A DNA stretch of 52,268 nucleotides, filler included, from Sphacelaria rigidula (taxonomy: Eukaryota): assembly GCA_964200075.2 (NCBI GenBank). It is 3 parts of 3 records of this genome, joined end to end, with 100 filler letters (N's around TTAATTAATTAA, not from the genome) between each part and the next. Parts side by side here need not be neighbours in the genome. Positions count along the whole stretch, not along the records: positions 17,461 to 34,814 come from CAXNAA020001100.1; positions 34,915 to 52,268 come from CAXNAA020001101.1; 1 more part is not named here. One strand, 5' to 3'. The notes under the pieces are model-generated. The model saw only the letters and a list, made by a program, of their open reading frames with translations. It had not been told where the DNA came from and searched no databases. A program made the translations under genes and the position numbers. This document shows positions 25,901 to 38,100 of this stretch, one piece after another. Position 1 is the stretch's first letter, and every line of letters begins with the position of its first letter.

Positions 25901-27629
25901 TCAATAATGGCCTCCGGAAAATCCGCTCATACACTCAATACCTGGTACGCCCAGACAAGTTATACATCAATGATTGTCTACACCTTGTACGTGGTATATA
26001 GTGTGAGATTCTGCGATACGTTGCGAAGGAATTCGACACAACAACAGTAGTAGTTGGGCCCATCGGAGCCCGTTCTTGCATGCATCTAACTGCTTCTCAG
26101 GTAAGCTGGACAGTCGAGGAGAACTATACTACTACTGCCGGGTTTCTCTCCTTGCGCTGACGACTGGGGTGCGTATGCACAAGACCCGTAGTAGTAGTAG
26201 TGGTGGTGTCTGGAAGAGGCGTTTTTTCGTCGAGGCAATTTTGCTTTATTGGGCTCGCTGGGATAGCTCCTTCTTCGTGTAACAACAAAAACGGTTTAGT
26301 TTTTTTCAAATACTTTTTCCCAGGAGTGTTCAGGCGAAAATTCCGGACAAAAAATGATGAAAAAATACATCATTTTTCGGCGATTTTGGTTTGCCATAAA
26401 CAATAAGAAGCACAAAAGCATCACCAGGCGAGCAGGCGGTGTCTTCTGCCTCCATGATGTCGAGCAGGTTTCGGCCGGCCGCGAGTACCATGGTGTTCAG
26501 GTTGCTCGCACCGGCCATCCCCACAGCCATGAGTATGTCGTCATCGGACGAGTCGTGGGTATCGACATCCATCTCTCTCTCTCCTTGCCTGCACTGACGA
26601 CTCGATGGAGCGTGTGTGAGATAAGGACCGCACGAGGCCTGTATAGTACTCACAGGTGTTGATGTCCGGAGGAGGCGTTGTCTGTCGAGACTTAAGTCCA
26701 TGACTGAAAACTGTCTGGGATGATCGTCCATTTTTCGTCTCCGAAATAGGTGTGAGATTTCTTCCGGGCGTTTCTTCTTCAAAACTTCGGAGCAAAACTA
26801 ATTGAGAAGCGGTCAGACACAAGAAGAGTAATGCCACCACGTCACGGTAGGTGTACGCAACAGAATATTATGCCTCGGGTTTGGGTTGTTAAGAGCACGC
26901 GCCCGTGACCTATTCATCGAAATAATGACTTATGAAACATGAGACAAAAAAAAATATGTAAAAGCTCAGGTCAACACAATACCACGGTTAGGATTGTAGC
27001 GCAATCCCATAGCAACCGTTTTCGGAATTGTTTTCCTGTTAGATTCACAAGCTGATGGCGGTTACTACGATATGAAGCGGGTAAAGATTGAGGAAACAGC
27101 GGGTGCGGCATTCGCATTTGAATTTTGAAACAGTTTTAACGGCGCTGATTGATCGAGGTCACTGTACCTTCCCGCCCCCAGCGCTACCGTCAAGTTCTTG
27201 AAAAGAAAATCCCATTTCTCGGCCGTTTCCAGCTGTCAACGGCGGTCAGCATCTCATTATCGTCTATTCGACCATGAGGTAGGTACTGCGGAAAGCGGTA
27301 TGTGCTGATGACACGATTGAAAACGTTTTCGTGAGATGGAGAGTATGGAGTAGTTTTATCGAGAATGGGTTTTATCATTCGCTTTAACTTGACCAGTTTT
27401 TCATCCCGTGTGTGTGTTTTCCTTGCTTGTAAGACTAGCGTGTGCTTAGAGCTAGAAGTCGATATCCTGCCCGGGGACATTAAGGGCTTCACTTGCAAAC
27501 TACTACAGAAAGCGTATCGAGCCTCGTGGAGGGTCATCCCGGAGCTGAAATGATTTTTTCATTCGTTGAGCGCTTCTCAATCTCAATCGTAGTTTCTACT
27601 CTCGATCTCACGAGAACACTGTTGATTTT

Positions 27630-27925
27630 AGGTCGTGTGGGATTTTCCCACACCATGCTCAACATTGGAGAGCGACCATGTCGTGGGTACACAAAATTCG
27701 ACTTGACGGTCGACGAGGGAAAGGGATTGCTGAACCCTCTCGCGATAAAAAAATAAAGGCGAGCACCGCAGAAGGAAGGTGGGGGTACTAAAAACAAATA
27801 AAATGGAAAAGCTCCTGTGTTGAGCTTCCTCCTGTGTGACCCCAGCTGGTGCGTCCACATATACCGAGGATGTAGACCGGCGTCCAGAGTGAATGGGATG
27901 ACAACACACACACGCGCGCGAACCA
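27630..27925 (+). mobile_element. SINE family A, 5'-truncated copy
   Basis: Collinear high similarity to about 13000-13290 (e.g. acacaaaattcgactt..ggtcgacgagggaaaggga, ttcctcctgtgtgacccc). Has the CA tail but lacks the tRNA head. Confidence 0.8.
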
Positions 27926-29169
27926 GCCTGTACCGTGGTTGGACTGAAAAAATTCTGGACAGTGACAAAAACATTTTAGTCTAGTGGTTTTCTTCATCGA
28001 AGAATTGTCATGTAGGTACTATTATACATCGACCGAGCTTGTATTCCCGCCACCTAAATCGTTTGCAGTATTTCGGCAAGCAAGCTTTACCATGATCATA
28101 CATGCATCGTGGCCATCCAGTCCGTCACTACGCCCAACTTCGAAACGAAAAAAAAAGTAACGTGTCATTTGCCTCAAGCACAAGAGCTAGAAGACCATCC
28201 TCGCTTCCGCCCCGGACCTCGGCAGGTCGAAATATATCAATATACAAGCGCTCAAGTGACTTGTGCTGTGCCGTGACGCCCGGGGGGGACAGCTGGGAAA
28301 AGAAAAATAGCCGGCGCAAAGTTTTGCACATAATCAAGGAGGCGGTGTTTGCTACGGTTACACCATCCCGATACTCACCTACAGATGAACTGCTGCAAAA
28401 AACGTGGCTAATAGTTGTACACCGTGTGTACGAAACCTTTCTCAAGCACTGCATTACACCATGCTCACGTCAACCATCGGAAGCAAACACACGCACCGGC
28501 TGTGTCAAGCGGCTCCACCGTGTTTACGAAGCGAGCGTAAATCGACAGCAAGGTATCCACGCTCGTCCACAAACAGCGACAGCGGCCATTCTTTCATCCA
28601 GCGTCGCACTTCATAATAAAACACTTACCACCAGCGGTGGCAAGCACAGCTCGGTTGGCCGTATCGTGGTGAAAAAATGTTCGCACAAGCTTTGATAGTT
28701 GAAAAATCAAGCCACCATAGCCAGCTACATCCCAACGTCGACAGTCCGGCACCTCAAGAAGCTCTAGCTGTACAACCCGATGGCCCATATCACCACGTAT
28801 CCATCATATATTCCAAGGTGACGATGGACAGTGCTTCTGACAGTATTCTCGTCCAACCACCACCATCCCCTCCCCCTCCCCCGATCCCCAGGTGCAGGAC
28901 GCGCGCTCCCAGCCAAATGGCCCAGCCCGAACACGATAACCCGAGCACTGATATTAATAGCATGTGGCTAAAATTTCGCAAGCTCTGCTAAGTACGAGAG
29001 AAGTCAAACGCACCAGGACCCCCTCTCCCACTCCTGCCCCCACCCACCCACATTCCCAAGTGACCGAAAACATTATTGATTTGAGTAAGTGTTTTTTCCC
29101 CTATCCTTTTTTCGCTCTTCTCTTCTTCCTTTCCCTTTCCCACTGGACCCTCTCCTACGTTTTCTGTTT

Positions 29170-32100
29170 TCACTTGTCCACGGCATCCCCCTCCGCCGCA
29201 TTCCTACCGAGGTCATCGTACAGAATTCTAGGGTCGAACGCCGTCTCCGGCAGGGTCGTGCCCCGCGGCTCTGCGGTCCTCTTGCTCTCCGGGTCCGATG
29301 CATGATTGAACATCAGGAAAGATGCGAAGAAGGCGAGACCGCCCGCCCACCACCCCAGTCCCTGAGCCGCGGACAGGTGCGGCGCTTCGAAGTCCAGGCA
29401 CGTCTCGGGGGCGACTCCGTCGTTCCAGATTAGCTCGTGGTCCTCGTGCACCTGTCATTTTCGAATCGCGAGTTTTTTTTTTCAAGATTTCATTAAAGGA
29501 AGTCGGACACGAGGGGGACGCGAAAGTTGTTGAGACGTGACGTTCACCCTGGTTCGAATAGCTATTTGTGCGAAGCCCCGATCGTTGACTGGATCTTGTA
29601 AATCTAATAGTCGCGAGATAAATGTACCCGGGGGTAACTACACCAGGGGCTTGTCGGGGGATCTTAACCTCTTGTATTGGCGAAACGAAGAGATGAGTTT
29701 TACTGCTCAATGAACACAGGATCCTTCCTGAGTTCGAATCCTGATCCGCGCACTGCGATAAATGCCAAAAGTTAAGTGGACAACGAAAGTCGCAAAAATG
29801 GTGGCGGCTAGGCAGCGTGCACCAACTCGCCAAAAAATACCATGCAGGAACTGTTGGCTTGGGTAGCGAAAACACACGAAAACACATGATAATCGCACGC
29901 CAGAGAAGAACTTACCTAGACAAACCTCTTCTAGGAGCAAGGACGCACGAAAAGGATTCATCAAATACAGGTGTGTTGTGAATGCTACCCTATAGAAGTG
30001 GCACTACATCCAAAGTGTCTGTCAAGGTCTCATCACCCTTTCATACCCTGCGTAGTGACAAATAGATTACATAGGCAAAAACTGTACTGCGACATGGTAG
30101 AAGACCTCTGCAATGAGGACGTGCTGCAGATGGACTTCCTCGGACGACGAGGTCGACGTCGTTGTGCAAGGGGGGGGCGGGTCAGTCCTCGGGGGCAGCG
30201 GCCCCCCCGTCGCCGCCGTATGGGGGAGTAGCAGAGCACTTTTGTAAACTGGAGGATACTGCCGAGAAACGCGGCATATCCGAAGTGATTTACCACCTCC
30301 GCAAGGCTAAGCTAGCTTGGATGAGTGCCTTCGGAGGGAGGGAAACCAAGCAGACGTGCATGAGAGACTATATGGAGACATGGTGAGGCTGACAGGCCGA
30401 AAGGAGTGCGTTTGTTTTTTGCACTTGCGTAGATTTGTAGCACGTGCGATGTTTTCGTGATGAGAAGTGTTTTTCGTTCTTCGACGCGTTTCGGGGGGGG
30501 GTTGCAGTGGATGGGATTAGGGGTTCTGGGTGTTGGGTGCAAGATGTGAGCAGGGTAGGAATAGTTCGGTAGGTCGGTCGGTCGGTGGATTTTCTCCTGG
30601 GTGCGGGTGGGTGGGTGGGTGGGTGGTGGGTCCGTGGTCTCGTGTTGTACTTCTAGAAGAGGTACGAGTACGAAGCACAATAATAAAACATGAACAAAAG
30701 CTACAGATTTCCATCTACACGTGCAAAAAACTGTATCGTACGACACCTGATATATTTCGCAGCACAGGTACCAAGAGTGCAAGAGTGTACCAGCTGCTTG
30801 TGGTAGGTGCAGTGCTCGGCAATCAACAGATTGAGCAGTGAGTGGAGCCAGCCCAAGGTGCTGACGCTTGTAACGTTATGTGACATGAATAAATACCCTC
30901 TTTCTCCCTCTTGCGGCAGTTAGTTGGGACGAGAGCGTCCATTTTCCGCGGCGTTTCGTTTTCGCTACAGTGTAAGAGAATATTCTCTTATACCATAGCC
31001 AAAACGGTTTAACACAAGTCCGGGTTCAAGAGAAAAATACCCGGTTGGACCCTCTCTCTCATAAATCGTAGCCGCTACTGTATCGGTGAAACGGTGAAAC
31101 CAACAAAAAAAAGTCTAGCCGTTCTATATTTCGAGAATAACGCCTCCTATGCGGTATCGTTTTCTGGCTGCCGGTACCCACCTCTACTTTGGACTGACAT
31201 CCGGAAACCTGTTTCGAGACGAAGCTGCCCGTAAAAGGGTAGCATGTTGTAAGATGTTGTCTAAGATAGCAAGATAACTCCAAGTGTCCAATGACCACAA
31301 AATCCTGGGTAGGGAGCAGATTCAAGGCTGCTTCATGTCTTGCTTGCAAGAATATTGTGCGCAAAATAGTTCAGCCAAGGTTCACTTCAAAACGCCATGC
31401 CACCATGCATCTTACCAGGCGCATGCGGTGAGCCGCGGAACAAGGTGCCATCGAGGTGGGAAAGTGCAGATACTGCCGGCGAAGGCTCGCCACGAAATCC
31501 TCATTTCACGGCAACTTCATATTCAGCGATAACTGTACAGTCAGTAGCGTAGAAGACAAGCACCGTGTTTACTATAGATCGTACGTATTTTCGAACTTTA
31601 ACCGCAAGACCTGCCTCGACAATTGACGCTTAGACAGCGTCAAGTCCTCATGACCGGCGACTGGTTAGCGTTTACAGCAAGTCCACCTGTGCAGGCATCA
31701 GAGTCAAGCACTCAGTACTTTCACGAACAGTAAGCCGTGCCATGACGAGCACGGGATGCATGGCGCTACGGCGCAGCATGTGCAAGGACCCAGTGAAATT
31801 CTTTTGTTCGGTTATGGCACAGGAAACACAGCACTTCCTCGCACGCGTAACCGCAGCACACACTACTTTAGACCCTTACACCCCTGAGAAATACCGCAGG
31901 TGCGCGAAGGGCTCCACCGGTTACATAACCACTCGGGGCGGGGTGCTGGTACGCGTTCGGACGGCGGAGCAAACTCGCGCACATCGTACATTGACAGGAG
32001 ACGGCTTGAAGGAAGTAGACGTGGCGTTAGACAATTAATGTAAGAGGATATGGAAACAGCAAGCGCCTACATGCGATGCAAGGTCAGACAAGCTCTTGCA

Positions 32101-32302
32101 GCAGCAACGCATGCCGCCCGACGAAGACGGGCTATACTCACTCGTAGCAAATTACGTGTGCGTTGTTGATACTCACAGTAAAGTCGATGGGTTTGTTTCG
32201 TGCAAAAATTGGCATGGGAGGTCCTCCTCCACCCCTTGCTGTCCTTCTAGCTACGGACGAGGCCAACCCACTCCCTGTTCGCATGACTTGCCGTAGAGCC
32301 AT
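29170..32302 (-). CDS. NDUFB8: NADH dehydrogenase [ubiquinone] 1 beta subcomplex subunit 8 (ASHI)-like, mitochondrial, 2 exons, 135 aa
   Basis: Exon 1 32302-32177 (MALRQVMRTGSGLASSVARRTARGGGGPPMPIFARNKPIDFT, Arg/Ser-rich presequence-like, donor GTGAGT) joins in phase 0 to exon 2 29451-29170 (VHEDHELIWNDGVAPETCLDF..GLGWWAGGLAFF..DPESK, TGA stop). The ELIWxDG..PE.CxD motif plus a single W.GG..FF transmembrane segment matches plant/stramenopile NDUFB8 as I recall it. Confidence 0.82.
29925..30662 (+). mobile_element. Internally deleted pogo/Tc1-mariner-like DNA transposon in the NDUFB8 intron
   Basis: TIR cctcttctag / ctagaagagg followed by TA on the right. Relic ORF PPPYGGVAEHFCKLEDTAEKRGISEVIYHLRKAKLAWMSAFGGRETKQTCMRDY ends in a KQTxxxDY motif typical of pogo/CENP-B-like transposase C-termini. 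Confidence 0.6.
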
Positions 32303-32573
32303 GATGGTAGGCAGCTCTGCCCCCTTGCTCGCTCTCGCTACTCTGTCCGGTGTCGCTAGCGTGCTTACCTTAAAGTGATCTACGGGAACGATAATCAAAC
32401 TCAAATCGATTTTTAACATGTAAAAAACACTATTTAAGAGCGGTTAATTGTGACACACGCCTGATACACAAGAACCGAGCTGCGAGATAGCGTGCGGGTG
32501 CACAGAAGCAGCAGAAGTCGCAGCAGCAACAGCAGCAGCAGCAGCAGAATCAACCTCATCGCAATCCGTAGCC
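32303..32573. promoter_or_regulatory. Putative bidirectional promoter / 5' UTRs between NDUFB8 and the small membrane protein gene
   Basis: Divergent start codons lie 271 nt apart, with an AT-rich core (about 32390-32450) and a (CAG)n tract at about 32503-32547. Confidence 0.55.
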
Positions 32574-32777
32574 ATGGCGATCGCAATGAAGCACAGGTTG
32601 TTGATATTCCTCATGATAATGTTGGGGTTCTTTGCCTTCGCGGGGTGGCATAGCGAAGACGAGGTTTACGCGTACTGGGCGATGTGGACGGTGCCGATAA
32701 TCTTCTTGGGGGTATGGCTTTTGTTCGACTGCATCTTCGCTGACGACAAATCGTTCATCTTTGACCACGACTACGAG
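32574..32777 (+). CDS. Small uncharacterised membrane protein, first exon (two predicted TM helices); downstream exon(s) not identified
   Basis: ATG in GCCATGG context after a CAG-rich leader. Encodes MAIAMKHRLLIFLMIMLGFFAFAGWHSEDEVYAYWAMWTVPIIFLGVWLLFDCIFADDKSFIFDHDYE and ends at donor GAG|GTGCGT. Two hydrophobic stretches and an acidic/aromatic tail. Confidence 0.7.
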
Positions 32778-34746
32778 GTGCGTAGCTGTGCTGAGATCTG
32801 GCCTTGTTTCTTTGGGGTTGTTGGTAGGGTCTAATGAGCCCTGCCAATCGTGAGACAACTAGAAAATAAAGTTTGTTTTTAGTATTTTGTACCTCGAGTA
32901 TTTCTCGTGTTTCCGCGGAGGGTTCTCGTTTTTCGTCACCTTTCGGAGCTGTGCACTCCTGAGACTGCACCGGTGGCTATCTCCCTCGTACTTCCATGTG
33001 CCCCAGACCCTGCGTGCCCTGTAGCAGACAGCAAGGGCTGTTACAAATTCATGAGGGTCTCATGACTGTGGCATTCCTTGTGCTTGTCAAAGCCACAACG
33101 CACAGATTTTGGCGCGTGGGGAATAATAAGCTGACCTTGCATACGTAAACTAGCACGTGGGGAGCTCTGACCCGGGGTGCTCTAAATCCCCAGTTGACGT
33201 TCAATTCCAACGTATTCACCTCCGCACACGTGAATACCTCTACACTTCGCGGAACTCATCGCCTCGCCTGGAATTTCCATGCAATAGACCGCGTGATTTC
33301 ACTGTCGGAGCGTGTGGTTGCTTTTGACGAGAAGCCAAAAGAAAACAACAGAAACTGCCTGCCTCGTCCTGCAAATTTTGTCTTCGACAGAGAGCACGGG
33401 CCCCGAACTATCTTTTGTTGTACAGTACAGGCAATGACAATCAGCAATAGCCCGGATCCGAGCCCTTTATACCTTCCCGGTCGTCGTGAGTTATCGGGTG
33501 CTCATTACACCGTGTCGAGGCTCTGGGCCGTGGCAATTACAAGTCGTGCTACTTCACAGCCCATGCGTTAGTTCGCCAAGGAAGGAGGACAAACGGCTGT
33601 CCTTGTCCAGCACCCTCCATCTGTATGAAACACCCACCGAGAAACGAAAGGTTAGGTCCTGAAGCAATACTGGACGGCTTCAGTTGACCAATAAATGCTT
33701 TTTTGCCGCTCACTTCACGGACAATGAAACTTCCACCCACAAATCTCGATGTAGCGGTGCTATTGCCGAGTCCCTGTAGTACTGTTCCCGGCGTTCAGTT
33801 CAGTATTTCCCGTGTGTCGTTACTCTCAAAGTGAGGGGGGGGGGGGGTCATGTAGAAGTAGGTGTGTGTTTCCGTAAACACATACCTCCAACCAGATGTG
33901 GGACGTTACACAGCACCTCCAGGCACGCTCGCATGGTGGTACCCTTCTATTACTCATTACTGGACCTGCGCATTGAAGGAGGTTATGAAAGGATTACCCG
34001 TCTTCCACTCAACTCAGGGCGGTGGGTGTAAGGATATTAGATTCTTACTCTGTGGGTTGCGGCCGGACGTGAGATCTGTCACTGTAGTAACTGGACGGGT
34101 ACTGAGCGTTATGAGGTCACGGTGAAAAAAGGATGCCGGACAAGGGGTTGAAGGGCTCCCTGTTATTACTACACAACGGTCTTGTTCCTTGTCCATGAGA
34201 TGTAGGCTTTCATGCCAAGGATGTTACACCAATTGTACTGCCCGAGTTTCAAATAGTCGTGTTCCACAGTATCAGTTGTATTGAGCCCAGAGAAGAAGCC
34301 ATCCTGGGAAGGGCGTAGGTGATCGCAATTAGCACGGGCAGTTGGCGCAGCAGGCGTGGATCGTCGGTGGCGAAATCAGCATGGTCAAAGGACGAACGCT
34401 ACTGCACAGATCTCAAGTGGTTGCTATTCGAAACCTACCCCGGTCCAGGAGTCTGTGACTAAATCGGTCCTGTGTTCTCACTGAGGGCGCGACTCTGTGC
34501 ACACGAGTACTGTTGTTGACCGTGTCTGGCGTGGAAGTAGACATGTGCATCATCACATAACGTGTCACTTTGTTAAGTGGGAATTTTGTGTTGAAAGTAG
34601 AAAATACTCCGCAAGACCTCGGCGAACTGGAAGGTGAAAAATCACCAGGACGAAAGATTGAAATATTGCACGGTTAGAGCCCACGTCTGTGACCACGGGT
34701 TCTCGAGATCGGACTAATGTGCGGAAATAATAATAATAATAAATTA

Positions 34747-34814
34747 TAGGACAAATCATCACGACTCAAAATCCCCAAATTCACGATTTCTTCGGCCTGA
34801 TTGCCCACAAGGGA
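34747..34814. repeat. Interspersed repeat at contig end (same family as 1-57)
   Basis: taggacaaatcatcacgact.a.aatc.ccaaattcacgatttcttcggcctgattg is the reverse complement of the window start, with few mismatches. Confidence 0.85.
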
Positions 34815-34914
34815 NNNNNNNNNNNNNNNNNNNNNNNNNNNNNNNNNNNNNNNNNNNNTTAATTAATTAANNNNNNNNNNNNNNNNNNNNNNNNNNNNNN
34901 NNNNNNNNNNNNNN
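34815..34914. other. Artificial contig-join spacer (N44-TTAATTAATTAA-N44)
   Basis: Identical 100-nt structure, with the linker at 34859-34870. Confidence 0.97.
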
Positions 34915-35115
34915 GTGAGTGGGGGGGGCGGTGCTGTGGGTGGGTGGTTTGCGGCTGGCGCGCTGGGTGTGTGGGGTGGGGGGGGGGGGGGGTTAGAACT
35001 CGGACTACCACGATGTTGTTCACGTCTGCAACGAGCATCCCGTCTGAGATGGATTGATCATAAACATATTCCCTACACAAACACGGAAGCGCTCTACATG
35101 ACGGAAAATACTCAC

Positions 35116-38100
35116 AAACAGGTGCAGCAGAGCCGAAGTCGGGTACGACGGGAGCTGGTGTGTAGCCTTCGATGATGCATGGAGCCGCCCCCGCTACCCC
35201 GCAAAATTCCCCTTCCACCTACACACGACAGACATGGGGCGGGAAGAGATCACGCATGAAACTCAAGGCGCACACGGGAATCTTTTAAAATAAAACACTT
35301 TTCGTTCAGGGCAATCCCTTTAATCCGTCTACTTGTCTTCTCTTCATACTACCGACGATATCAACAAACGAGACAAAATTGTCAACACAGTCATGTATGC
35401 CCGCCTGACGAGAAGCCGTGAAGCGATACCAAAATCATCGACGGATTTACATCTCGGGTCCATCAAATGAAGAATCGCCACGTCATTGTCTATTTCCTTG
35501 TTTTCAAACTGCATTTTTTCCACGCTACTGCTCACTCGACGCAAGAATAGGTGAACTCTTCACAACCCAAACTGCAGGTTGGAGGTTTCCTGAACAGCAT
35601 ATTGCAGGAGGACATCAACTCTTCAATGTCAATATTTCGACGAGCCAGGGTTGATGGGGGATAATGGCCAATTTTCAAGTACATGAGGGTCCCTTCATCT
35701 ATGCACCGACCTCGATAATGGACGAACAGCAAGCAGAAGAGCCGGCAGTACCGGGGACGGAACCACATCCCTCACCACCGCACTGGCCGCAGTTGGCGGC
35801 ACAGCACACCGCTCCGTCCTGGAAACCCGCCATTCCGTTGGAGCACATCGCGTCATCTAAGACGCAGGGATCGGTAACCATGAATCACAACAAATGTCGG
35901 ACAGATTGTGAGCACCTCGATTGATTTGGATGATGAGCTGGCTCATTTGGACCATTTTTCTTCATGTTCACCCTACAGCACTGCTGAGAAAGCAGGGTAG
36001 CGCAAAGGCATGTCGCTTCAGCTTCGAGGACCCCACGGCCACTTGTTTTGTGTTTCGGACCATTGGGTCTGGGAGTTTCTTCAATCAGCCATCCTCGATG
36101 GACCCGCCAGCTGTTTGACGTGTGAAGTAAAGTGATGCCTCAAGAATGAAACGCTAAGGTGTGCAACAGATGCAACTGTCCAAGGGCAGGTTGAGTAGAG
36201 CATACTCAATTTCGGGGTATTTTAAAAGTCGTTGTTGAAATACACGAATTGGGTGTAGGGTTCAAGGGGTGGCTTTCCAGTCATTTTTGGGTACGAGTCT
36301 CCACAATCTACCCTGGTTCGAGTACCTCAGTTACGACTTCGAAAATACCACGCAAGTGAGTATACTCTGCTCCACCTGCACTTGCAATGGTCCTGCACTT
36401 TACCCAGTATATTCCTGATATACCGCATTTATTGATCATATATCGTCAAGCGGGTGAGACACGAGTCCACAGCAAGCTGAGGGGAAATCTTTGAAACAAT
36501 AGTCTTTCGTCCCGTTCACGTACCGTGTTGATCACCAACCTGCTCAACATGCATCAGATCAACCTCACTATTTGAAATCGCGCCCGAGCTAATGCTTCTC
36601 CCTCCCCCCATCACTCAACAAAATCGATACCGAGCGTGTCCTCACCGCTGATGGGAGCCGCAGTGCCACCGCCCACAACGGCTGGAGCGGGCGTGTAGCC
36701 TTCGATTATGCACGGGGGTTCCCCGCATACCTGCCGCAAAAAAATGACAAAAAAACGTGAAAAAAGGGGCAAGGCAACAAGAGGTGTGCGGCTTAGAAGG
36801 TGTACAGAAGCACGTATCAACCCCACTGGGACGGTACAACCGCAATGACATCAAGCCAGCATACATGAACAGAGGATGATTTCGACGTGAAATAAGTCGC
36901 GTCAAGGGAGGAGGAGGTGGGGGTGGAGGGGTGGGGGGGTTATCGAACCAATCCACAGATTTGCATGGCATATGGCATATTCAAAGATACCCGATGCACA
37001 CAGCAGAATTCACTAGAACGCGAAACAATTGTAATGACATATCATGTCTTCCTGATGAAAGCGTGTTGATGTCGTTTTGATCTGCCGGGGATGCTCACCA
37101 CCCCAGACACGCGAATAGTCGAAGAACAGCAGTTGGCGGAACCTCCCGTGCCTGGGATAGTTCCGCAACCAGCTCCACCGCACTGACCGCAGGCCTCGAC
37201 ACAGCAAACGTCGCCGTCTTGGTAGCCGGACAGGCCGTTGGAGCATGTGCTGGGGTCTGGCGGAACAAATGCACCAAGAGTGGAAAATGGCAAATGACAT
37301 CAACACGCGTTCATCAAAGGATTCGAAACAGTCGACGTAGATCAAGCGCATCAAATTCGACAGTCCTCGGCGAATGGTCGGGCAGCGGAGGACTCGATCT
37401 TCCAAGTTTCACCCCAAAAAAATAACGGGATCCAATACGGATGACTTCCGACGAAAAATTTACACATGCACGGGACTTCAATACATATTTTCCCCATCTC
37501 GATGTCGAGTCAACTTGATTTGATGCGGAAAGTATAGTATTTATTTCACAGGCACCTGCGGACGTACTATTTTCCCTGCTCGCCTCATGTGTGACCACTG
37601 CTCATGCGGTATTTTCGAGAGGGGGGGGAAGGATATGAAACGCCGACGCTTCGACTAGCCACAAGAATGACGCAATGAACTCTTCTTGTTCCCGCCTGAT
37701 TTGTGTTCCCGAAACGCTTTTTCCCCTGAACGCTCTTCCTCCGAACGCCTCACAACCATTTTCATTATTTTGCCTTGCGCCGCATCTCTCATCATCATGC
37801 ACACAAATCCGACCGGCAACCAAGTATGGGAGACAGAGGCCACACATCCTTGCCCGCTCCCTCTTCAACATTTTTCCCAGACGTGGCCTCGCGTGCCCTC
37901 GATAAGTACACGGCAAAATCATCTTCATGCTTTGACAGCGTCCCCCACCCCCACACCCAAGAGATGGCTGATTGGTGGAGGAAACGTCCATGTGCGTCGA
38001 AATGACCAAACGCTGGGCACACACCCAGCAGCGGGGAACTCCCATCCCACGCTCGTGGTCGTTTCTGCCAATGTCGCCTATATGAAGCAATTTGATGCGA

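Noticed and set aside
28102..28695. 197-aa ORF
   Set aside because: No recognisable motifs or splice context, contains internal short repeats, and is likely repeat-derived or chance.
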